From positions 1 to 21,074 of the forward strand of contig JAQGDQ010001922.1 of assembly GCA_030141605.1 (NCBI GenBank): DNA of 21,074 nucleotides. Reading direction: 5' to 3'. Positions 11,693 to 21,074 of the stretch are shown here, in pieces. This DNA is from Tubiluchus corallicola (taxonomy: Eukaryota > Animalia > Priapulida). The notes beneath the pieces were generated by a model that worked only from the letters and a program-made list of their open reading frames with translations, had not been told where the DNA came from and made no database searches. Within the stretch, counting starts at the first letter, position 1. The number at the start of each line of letters is the position of its first letter. The translations under genes and the position numbers were made by a program.

Positions 11693-13418
11693 ACTAGTAA
11701 AGAACACCTGCTAACTCATCCATTCCTTCATCAATCTTGCATGTTGGATACAGCTAAAGTGTTTCTGTTGTACGTGTACAATGTTTAACAATTGATTTTT
11801 GCTGTTAACAAAAACAAGATTAAGGCTACTTGGACAGGTTTATCATCGATTTTCTTGGCCTCGTGCACGACGACACTGTGTTCGAAACTTTTAAACGGTT
11901 GCTTAGCACAGCACCCAATTACTAAAGATGCTGTCACGCGATTGACATCAGCCAATAGGCCACTACGTATAACCATTTTTTTCAATATGACACGAAAAAC
12001 AAGTGTGATAGTTTCAAAAAGAATTAGATTACCTTTTTGAAGATTACTGAATTCTATGACACTGTACTATGTGCTAGATCCTCGATTGCCTCCCGTAGAA
12101 GTAATATTTATTATATAGCTCCTTCATGACAGCACCATTTAAAATAGATCTTATAAGACCCATGACTTTTCTGCAGCTGTATGAGCACAGACGTAACTAA
12201 ATGATTACACATTAGGTGCTGCTCTATTCAGGAGAATCTCGGCTATCTAATGCTATTTATTTAAACATTTGTAAGTGATTTAATTGGATCAAATTAAAAA
12301 AACCCGCCCTTTTCAGGCACTTCAACTTATTCTATTGAGTAGCTCAGTCTGGTGTACACTTGCATGACCGTACACACTATTTTATTGATCGCCTGTTTGC
12401 TACAGGACAAGCTGTGCACTGGTTTGCTGCTATTCCAGCACAAACCAACCGATCAATCAAGGACAAATTAAGGTCGTTTTATATTTTAACAGGAATTTTT
12501 CCTTAAAAATAGAGTCGACTTAAGGACAAAGTGTATCAGAGTGTTGTGCCTGGATAGTTGAAATTTTCTGCATTAGCTGATTTCACACAAGTGATACTGT
12601 ACTTTGTTACAGTGCAAACACTACAGTTATTGAAAGCTTTGTTCAATTTTTTCATCAAAAATCAATTTTTAATTTGTCTAAGATAAGCAAGTGCATTTTC
12701 ATATTTAAAATATTTGCAACACCTGCTCACTGCATCACTATCCCAGTATGCACCACTGATTCATAAAAAACGCCTTACTGATCTTACTGACAATACAAGT
12801 ACCTGGTAATTTAAAGTCTTCTTAGTTAGTGAAGAGGGTGCTACGATTTCTCTGATTACTTTTTCAAACTTTTCGCAAAGTTTGGAATGGCAGTTTCTAA
12901 CTGTCACGGCGTTACTTTAAATTTACAAGTTTTTTACAGCGTTACTGTTAACGCATGCTCTGCATGCAATAAGTCAGCATGTAAGTGTTACAAAATTTCA
13001 AGACGAATTTCTTAGTCTTTATTTATGAAAAGTGTTTTCTTGTATTTTAAAGGAATGACTACGTTGCTAATGTCTTCCTGTTTAAAATCAGATGTCGTCC
13101 TGCTGTGTTTAATCAAACTTGTGAATTTACTTCACTCAGGTAACTAAAGCTTATTGCGACTTTATAAAGGTGAGCCAAGCTTTTCAATAGTTACCTGTTC
13201 AAACTGCAAAAAATCGAATGTCGAATTAGATTTTGCACTGACTGTATGAAAGGGTTGCTGTGGAGAAAACGAAATAATACCGCCCCTTTTGTAAGAAGAA
13301 GGATAAATTTCATAGCCTATTAAAACCGAAACACTGTGTGGCAAGTGCGCGAATTATTGGTATTGGTGTATGGATAGTATTTACTAGTTAACCAGAGACT
13401 TTTTGAAAAAGAAACATT

Positions 13419-13673
13419 AACAGCAGTAGCAACAACAGCAACACCAACACCAACAGTAGCAACAACAACAACAACAACACCAACAACAACTACACGAACA
13501 ACAACAGCAACAATACCAATAACGACGACAACAACAACAGCAGTAGTAACAGCAACACAACAAAAGTAACAGCATCTATAACGACAACAACAACAGCGAC
13601 GACGACGACGACGACAACAACAACAACAACAACAACAACAGTAGCAGCAACAGCAACAACAGCGACGACAACA
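13419..13673. repeat. (CAA/CAG/CGA)n trinucleotide repeat
   Basis: Directly visible. It gives the poly-Cys/Val artefact ORFs on the minus strand. Confidence 0.9.
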
Positions 13674-13764
13674 GTTTGCAATGTTCACAAGGCGGAGGTG
13701 TGTAGACATGATTGTCATTACACATGGGAATGGGGAGAGGAAAAACTGGTGTGTAATTAGTGAC

Positions 13765-13781
13765 ATATATATATATATATA
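13765..13781. repeat. Short (AT)n microsatellite
   Basis: atatatatatatatata. Confidence 0.85.
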
Positions 13782-13986
13782 AAAGACCCGACGTTTTTAT
13801 CCACTGTACGTAAACAACAAAAACGTTATGAGTTTAAAGACAACTGGGTGCTGTTGAATTAAAAAGAAAAACTATAACTCCACAAAATGTTTTTTGTATT
13901 TATTCTTAGAATTTCATATTTATAAAATTTATATTTCAAACCAATCGCTTTTACGCTGCACCAAGATTAATAACAAGAATGTTTAG

Positions 13987-14743
13987 TTTAAACATAATTT
14001 ATTATAGGATTGGATCAGACAGTTTGAACACCATGATTTAGGATCCTCAGCACAACAGTCTATACACACTATTTACAAAAACATTTACAGTAAGAATAGA
14101 CTATAATTACACAAACTGACAAGTTTTACTACAAGATTACATTAGATATTAGCAGAAAATGACAGTTAGAAAATATTAATGTACGAATATTTAAGACTGA
14201 TGCATTCCATATCAGATAGAAACTACTAGAAGCGTTTAGTACGTAATATAAAGTCATGTATGCATTGCAATATTTTACAGTTAGCAACATAGTTAAATTC
14301 ATTTTTTTTCCGAATAATAACAACTTCAACAGACCATTAGTTTCTAAGGCTGCTATATTAAGGTTTTCGGGCAGAAGTATTTCGTTTAGTTTATCAAACA
14401 TAACAACCCTAGTTTGTTGATATAATAGGCAGTGCAAAAAAAGGTGTTCAATAGACTCAAATCGAAATTCACAGTTACAATTCGGCAATATAGGATGACC
14501 GTTATTATCATTACAGCCTTTAGAGAAAAGGTCATAGTTTAACTGAGAAAATCCGATTCTCATGTGCGTATGATGTACTGAAATTGGAGGTTTACCAAAT
14601 GAAAACTCTTTCTTACGCAACAAAAAACTTAAATGAGATTTGAGCTCTTGTTTGAAGTGTGAAATGGATGTAATTTCATGAATGTTCTGCGGTAAGTTGT
14701 TCCACATGTTAATGGTCATTATGAAAAACGATTTTTTACGAAA
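13987..14743 (-). mobile_element. 5'-truncated non-LTR retrotransposon (CR1/L2/jockey-group ORF2 C-terminus plus 3' UTR) with 15-bp TSD
   Basis: The minus-strand peptide SFFIMTINMWNNLP...HFKQELK...MRIGFSQLNYDLF...CNC...ESIEHLFLHCLLY resembles the SFFP..WNxLP motif and CCHC-type tail of LINE ORF2. The 3' end reads aataaattatgtttaaac. The identical flank AACAAGAATGTTTAG lies at 13972-13986 and 14744-14758. Confidence 0.85.
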
Positions 14744-15284
14744 AACAAGAATGTTTAGCTTAATTAGGTTTACTGGCCTTGCGTGCGAAACGTGTCACGG
14801 AAGGCCTGGAGACATATCCACGTTAATGGTCTGATGAATTGTATAGATTTGAAAGGCAGTGCCCCCAGGTAGCAATGCACTTCCTACATAATGTGACTGA
14901 CTTTGTGTAGTTTGGACACAATTAGATGAACATGTTCGTTGAAGAAGAGAGACTCATTTGGATAAGAAAAATCAGTACTAATGATGTATTAAAAATTAAC
15001 ATTTTATTTACAACTATGTCCCCTTTTCACGCGTATTTTTCTTGTGTGAATGACATACGATAAGTTAGTTTTTGCTAAGAGTGTTAGAAGTTAGAACTTT
15101 CGTTGAAGCAGTCGGAGTGAAATCAATTTTTGTCTGCAACTTTTACAAATCGAAACTTGGCGGAGTTACGATGTTCCGTAACAATAAAATATTACTAAGT
15201 CGTACGTCGTTAGTAGTGATTTTCCTTATCAAAATGATCACGAAGTTAACGAATGGACTTGTGAAAAAATGTGTTTATGAGAAA

Positions 15285-15366
15285 ATGAAGCTGTGTTTAT
15301 CGTTGCTGGAATCTTCTTTGCTGGTCGTGATTGTTTTATCATTATTATCAAATCAACGTTCAATAG
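15285..15366 (+). CDS. Predicted first coding exon of the TTLL4-like gene, encoding a hydrophobic signal peptide/anchor (MKLCLSLLESSLLVVIVLSLLSNQRSI-G)
   Basis: ATG in aaaATG context. The donor AG|GTAATT at 15366/15367 is phase 1, matching the phase of the acceptor at 15954/15955. In-frame upstream ATGs at 15171 and 15234 are alternative starts. Confidence 0.62.
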
Positions 15367-15954
15367 GTAATTAAGTAATAATGCAGATGTATGATACGTA
15401 GGTCCTCAGAGATGTGCATTCAGTGATCTTATTTATGTAGCAGGAAAGTTATACTAAATTGAAATGACTGAAAAAATTTTGCACTTCTGAGGCTCGGACC
15501 CTAGAGCCTCTGTAGGACGGTAGCTAAAGTGTCTTGCTAACATTAAAGTTGTTTTAGAAATCTCCCTGACACGTGCATTTTATACATTTTTACTAACAAT
15601 ATTTTATATCCAATCAAATAAGTTTACTCAAAAGTAATGTCCATAACTGTCCTTTATGTATTATAAAAATTCTACAATATTTGTACATAAAAATGTATTG
15701 ATTTATTACGTGATACTAAAGCAACTCTTTTGTGATCAGTACATTCTTCTGTTTAACACTGTTTAACATTCTTCAACACAGCTTTTGTATCATTATTATG
15801 TTAATATTGTTTATTAAAAATAAATAAACTACGTTTACAAGCATTAGTTTTTGACTCAAGTTATCTAAAGTTTCTGACTGTATATAAAATGCTGTTATAA
15901 ACTGTTAATGTAAAATCTACTACTACTAAACCTACCACTATTTTACTATTATAG
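15367..15954 (+). other. Predicted 588-nt GT-AG phase-1 intron
   Basis: GTAATT...tactaaacctaccactattttactattatAG. It is very AT-rich and has a branch-point-like TACTAAA at about 15924. An in-frame TAA at 15906 means the downstream ORF cannot extend 5' without splicing. Confidence 0.62.
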
Positions 15955-17543
15955 GTGCTTCGGCTGACCTTTTGACTGATAGTCAAACACCAAGTCTTAC
16001 TGATCGACAAAATAATACAGATGAAGACGCATCGTGTCCGCGAGTAATTCCTGCACTCATCCCAAGTCTTTTCACAAATGCGCCACCTGTCGTCAATTTT
16101 GGTTTATTCGGACAAATAGTTGAGGAATTGCCGAGTTATTTTAAGAAACGGCTCAAATTGAGATATAGTGGTGGACGGAAAGACAGACACCGGACGTATC
16201 TGGAAAGGATGGTCCAGGTTTCAAATTTTCAATTAACAAAAGACGAAGACTGGACAGTGTGGAGAAATGGTCAAGTGTTCAATCAGACATGGCCAATTCT
16301 TCACCCACATGTCAAATTTAACCAACTTCCGGGTTCACAGGAACAGGCCATGAACAAAGTAAGTTTCTGGAAGAACATGAAATCAATGATGTTAAAACAT
16401 GGACGGAAGGGGTTCAATTTCCTTCCACAAACTTTCGTCTTACCAGAAGAGCTGTTTAAGTTTCAAAAGCACTTTGGCGATCAGAAAAATCCAGGATTGT
16501 GGATTTACAAACCGTGGAGTAATTTACAAGGCAGAGGTGTTGGAATCATTGAATCCCTGAAAAAATTACCTAAGACAGAAGTGGTCATACAGAAGTACAT
16601 ATCGGAGCCATATCTCATTAACGGTCTTAAATTTGATTTGAGAATATTTGTGCTCATTACGTCTCTAGAACCATTAAGAATCTATATCCACGAGCTTGGG
16701 GTAGTGAAGTTTGCCACGAAATTATATTCCAAAGATAAGCTAAGCGATAAGTTTGTTCATCTAACTAACATTGCGATACAAGAGAAAATTTCAATGTATG
16801 ATTCCTCTAAGCACTTTTGGAGTTTGCAAGATCTCTGGCGCTATCTTGAACGGAAAGGTAATGATACTAAACGGCTCTGGAAGCAAATTAAAGATATGAT
16901 TGCAAAGCAGTTTATAAGCAGTGAATCGATTTTGTACAAGATGTTGAACGCCCATGCGAAGAGCTCCTACTGTTGCAGTGAATTGTATGGATATGACATC
17001 TTCTTGGACAGCAAGCTAAAACCATGGCTCTTGGAAGTCAACACTTTTACCATATTTGGACATGACGAAATTGGAGAAATGGTACAAGACTGGCAAAACC
17101 TCGTTGGATATCGTTTACCAGCTAGATCAGATGTAATCGCTGAAGGAAAGAGAAATACTTCAGCTGCCTTCAATGGTATTATAGGACCAGTGATACCAGA
17201 GCCACTTTACACTCCCACCCTTCTGCCTCATGAAGAAACAAAGCGCCAGCATTTTACAATAAACGCGACAGAAGAGGAAATAGCATCTCATATTCTCGAT
17301 GAACTCACGCCAGCTGATGTACGTGAACTTGTAGAAGTTGAGGATGAATATCACAGACGTGGAGGTTTCCAGCGCCTCTTTCCCAGCCCAATATCCCACA
17401 AATACCTAAAATACTTTGAGCAGAAACGTTACAGCAATTTACTACTAGATGCCTGGGTGAGGAAGTATCCCAACGATCCCAGCAAAAGATGGGAAGTGTT
17501 GGAAGCACTGTGTAAGAAAGAACACAAACTTTTCAATAAGTAA
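15955..17543 (+). CDS. TTL-family ATP-grasp ligase, divergent TTLL4-like tubulin glutamylase paralogue (large coding exon; 556 aa when spliced to 15285-15366)
   Basis: TTL motifs FLPQTFVLP, WIYKP...QGRG, VIQKYISEPYLING.KFDLRIFV, HLTN, ELYGYD and KPWLLEVN. TTLL4-type flanks PALIPSLFTNAPPVVNF and ILDELTPADVRELVEVEDEYHRRGGFQRLFPS...YLKYFEQKRY. The frame is uninterrupted. The ORF-track start is TTG, and the first ATG (16209) is already inside the conserved region. Confidence 0.9.
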
Positions 17544-19367
17544 CTCATCACAAAAGAAGTGGAGAGGTCAGTGAAGCAAGTGAAATGGTTGGTGCTCTTG
17601 GTTGCTGATATCGAGAGTCTAGGAGGGTATCAAAGGACCAAAGTCTTTTGAGCCATTTACAACTAGAACCGACATCTTCCCAGACTTTAGTTGAGTCATA
17701 ATATAGCCACATAATTAATCACCTTAATGAGTTCTAGCACTGTGCAGAGTTTCAAATCATATTGAGCATTTTTACCATTCTGGTAGATTAAAAACCCCCA
17801 TTCATTTTGGTCAAATGACAGCCATCTTTCTTGACGTCATATTAGGCGCTTTCCTGTGACCAAATTTAGGCCTAATTTGTTATTCTCTGAACTAAATACT
17901 ACAAGAAAACACAAAAAAACGTTTTCTTGCAATTTTTTTTGGGGGGGGGGGGCAGCAATTTGACTTTACTAATTCGAAGCCTAAACAACAGTATTTGTAC
18001 ACGAACAATGTGCTAAACACTGCTATTATTCAAACTGTGATTGAACACCTATCTATGCCAGAGTGAGCATTTGGCTTTCGTGGAATAGGTCAACCACCAC
18101 TGTTCCTCGTCCCGTAACTTCGTAAATAGATGCTGTAGCCACTGTGCCCGGTTAGCTGCAAGGAGGCATTCTTCTTCTTCTTCATTCTGAATAGAAATGG
18201 GAGCACATTTGGAAAACTGTGCCTTCATGTTAAAGGGAATATATAAACTGATACTCTTTGAAAACTCGACAATGTTTTTCCCATTGTTGTCGCATCCACA
18301 CTCCGTTGCTCTAATGTTTACATAGTTCATTGCAATAAGTTGAATATTACATTTGACATTTAAAAATTAGTGAGGTGCTGCTTCAGAAAATTTTTAGCCA
18401 TTGTTTTAATACTGTGTAAAACGAAACTGGCATGTGTAATTTTATTGTTGTTATTTGTAACTGTAATTTTAAACAAACATACATAAAAAAATTTATACAT
18501 AAACTTGATAAAATCCTGAACAAAAAATGTTTTGCTTACGAATAACCGTCGCTGTTCAATAATAGGCTGGTACACGGATTTTAAGCACATGACAACAAAC
18601 TGTGTGAGCGACAGTACTTTTTCTACCTAGCAGCAGATCCTACTACGCTAGCAGTATAGCATACATGGTGTTATCTCAGGCATGTGAGCATGGTCGCATG
18701 CGCACAAGAGTCAAAGCCACTACTGTGCTGGGCTGTGAAGCAAACAGTACTACCCTCACGTGCTCTGGTTCCGTACAAGTATAAACAAAGAGCTAAAAAA
18801 GACTTATTACATTGAATATTACCGAAATATTGGGTGAATATAGAGGGTGCTGCTGTTTCACAGTACCTATACAGGAGCCGCTACTATTACAGTAATGCAC
18901 TCTTTTTCAACATTGTTGCTCCTTGCCCCATCTATGAAACCAGGGACATTGTCCTTGGCTCGTTTAGAATGCAGATAAGGTAAAACACGGAGCTAGTTGA
19001 GCAAGCGACATTAACAGCATTTACATTACTGAAATCGATGCTGATACTAATCATCGACCGATCGATACATTCAAGTATGACAAGACACAGATTTTCAAGG
19101 GCCTGCAATGGACTGTCCACTCATGGGTCAGCAAGTGGACGACGAGCATTTGACTGGTAGTGATTATACAGCAAACGGAAGTAAGTGGCTTCTCTAGGAG
19201 TGAAGCCAGACTGTATCGGAATAGAGGATTCAAGGTTCAGACTCTGAAAAGCTGAGTAAAATGGAAACTTCTTTATGATTAAAAAATTTTGTTAAAGGTT
19301 AAAATTAAATTTTAAAATATTGAAAACACTAGGATGACTTCAAATTAAGACGTGCTCTTTCTGTGAT

Positions 19368-19441
19368 GAGCCAATAGCTGAAGGCATGCAGCGTGCGACT
19401 TGTAATCGCAAGATTTGGCGTTCAATTACAGGAATGGTTCA
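19368..19441 (+). pseudogene. tRNA-Thr(TGT)-like relic (tRNA pseudogene or tRNA-derived SINE head)
   Basis: Acceptor GAGCCAA/ATGGTTC (6 of 7 pairs), D-stem GCTG/CAGC, anticodon stem TGCGA/TCGCA with loop CTTGTAA (TGT at 19401-19403), and T-loop TTCAATT. The T-stem does not pair. Confidence 0.6.
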
Positions 19442-19896
19442 CAATTTTTAGCTTAATTAATTTTTAGAAATTTTAAAAATGAATTTTAAAAATCCTTTGT
19501 TGATTTAATAACTTAAAAATGCATAATAAAAATGTTTGTTTTCAAGAAAAGTAAAGTTTAACTGGACTATAAAAACTGAAGAATTTAGTTATGTAAGAGA
19601 TCAGTTAAGTATCATTTGAAATAACGTTCTTTAGAAATAACAAAAGCAAGAAATAGAAAAAAACGTAGCACGTCAATAACAATGCAATATTGACTTAGTA
19701 AAGGGTAAAAGAGAAGCCAGCAAAAGCTCACATCAGAAGATATGCAGCGTACTCTGCAGGCAACAGATCAAACCTAACCAAGAGAACAAGAAAGCAGCTA
19801 TTGTAACGTGCTGTCACCTACCAGCAAGAAAACGAACAGATTAAAATGTCAAAATCACAGCAGTTAATTATCATAAAAGATTTCTTATTTTAAGCA

Positions 19897-20210
19897 TGTA
19901 GGTAGACATAAGGTAGGTAGGTAAATAGGTAGATAGGTTGGTAGGTAGGCAGGTAGGTAAGTAGGTAGGTAGGTAGGTAGGTAGGTAGGTAGGTAGGTAG
20001 GTAGGTAGGTAGGTAGGTAGGTAGGTAGGTAGGTAGGTAGGCGGTTAGGTAGGTAGGCAGGCAGGTAGGTAGGTAGGTAGGTAGGTAGGTAGGTAGGTAG
20101 GTAGGTAGGTAGGTAGGTAAGTAGGTAGGTAGGTAGGTAAGTAGGTAGGTAGGTAGTTTGGTAGGTAGGCGAGTATGTAGACAGGCAGGTAGCTTATAGA
20201 GTGGTAGGTA
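19897..20210. repeat. (TAGG)n tetranucleotide microsatellite
   Basis: Long near-perfect GGTA run with degenerate edges. Confidence 0.95.
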
Positions 20211-20654
20211 GATACCAAAAATAGGTACTGGTCTCGTTACAACCAGCGCATAAGAAATTTTCTTATGTATATTTCGACTGACTTTCAGATTAGAACACTA
20301 AACAGGTCGGTCAGTAAAACGACATTTAACATTTCACTTTGACGATCTTAATTTTAAATTCTTTGCCGCACGGAAGCACACAATAAAATACAAGCACTTA
20401 TAGCCGTAGAAACCGTTCAGATTACTCTTTCTCTTACTTCTCTTTTTTCTTATTTTATAGCATTTTATACTTTATAGTTTTTATTGCAACTCAAGATCTA
20501 TTTTTCTAATTTGTAATGTTAAGTTTAAAATTAAATATTCATAATTTTAAAAACAAATTTTTAAAGATTTAATATAAAACCTTGCCGAGGTGTAAAAAAT
20601 ATCAAACTATCGTGATGTAACTTAAAAAAAGCACAAATACGATTTTAGCTTCTA

Positions 20655-20831
20655 CTACTAGATGGCGCCAGCCCATTATCAATGCTTTATCACAGAACGT
20701 GTAAAAACGAACTCTGCTTTGCTTAAAACTTTATCGCCAAGCAACCGTCATGACTCTTAGCTATTTTCCGTCTCACAGAAGATGACGTACAAGATGGTGG
20801 CGATGACCATAGCAACAGTTGCGTTGCTAAG
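20655..20831. promoter_or_regulatory. Possible promoter/insulator motif cluster (CTCF-like, YY1-like and RFX half-sites)
   Basis: CTACTAGATGGCGCCA at 20655-20670, AAGATGGTGGCG at 20791-20802, CCATAGCAAC at 20807-20816 and GTTGCTAAG at 20823-20831. The patch is locally CpG-richer. This is motif resemblance only. Confidence 0.3.
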
Positions 20832-21074
20832 TTTGCGTTATCTCAAACTACAACCATTTGCTGTCAGAGAAATTATTTCAGGGAAAAATACAAAGTATTC
20901 CTATTGCTCAGCTTGAGGGCTAGCCGTTGATAAAGAATGAATAGTAAGAATGGCTTTTGTATATTTTCTAAAGAAATCCTTGACTTACATATATTATAGG
21001 TTTATAGATTTTATAGATTTAAAACATTCGTACCTCTTACATGCTGTCTTATTGCACACAGAGCTTGCATTAGT

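Noticed and set aside
11792-12040. NKNKIKATWTGLSSI resembles a LINE ORF2 linker motif
   Set aside because: The similarity is limited to about 15 residues and there are no other LINE hallmarks.
12340-12353. TAGCTCAGTCTGGT, a tRNA A-box-like motif
   Set aside because: There is no downstream B-box or cloverleaf.
15489-15510. Hairpin GAGGCTC-N8-GAGCCTC in the predicted intron
   Set aside because: A 7-bp stem is expected by chance, and there is no further RNA-family evidence.
15972-15974. ORF-track TTG start for the TTLL-like protein (likewise TTG 8272 for the GPCR)
   Set aside because: In a eukaryotic locus the splice acceptor at 15954/15955 and the ATG at 8290 are better explanations.
18932-19233. 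GC-richer patch with short ORFs and a GTAAGT donor-like site at 19181
   Set aside because: Stops interrupt the frames examined and no protein similarity was recognised, so an exon cannot be supported.

Overview
This is AT-rich, microsatellite-laden eukaryotic genomic DNA, most likely from an invertebrate bilaterian; it is not prokaryotic. Two protein-coding genes are supportable, both on the + strand. (1) An intronless aminergic GPCR of the alpha2-adrenergic/Oct-alpha2R type (ATG 8290-9699), with a tandem repeat carrying four perfect CRE palindromes just upstream. (2) A TTLL4-derived tubulin-tyrosine-ligase-like (ATP-grasp) gene whose whole catalytic region lies in one exon (15955-17543). That exon splices in frame to a small upstream exon (15285-15366) encoding a signal-peptide/signal-anchor-like hydrophobic stretch. 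The protein has five N-glycosylation sequons and remodelled active-site loops, so it is a candidate secretory-pathway peptide ligase derived from a cytosolic tubulin glutamylase; this is the most interesting item. Also present: a solo LTR with a 4-bp TSD whose empty site survives in an adjacent duplicate, a 5'-truncated LINE with a 15-bp TSD, a tRNA-Thr(TGT)-like relic, a 110-bp minisatellite and many simple repeats. Most other ORFs in the track are repeat or antisense artefacts. Family comparisons are from recalled consensus motifs, not database searches.
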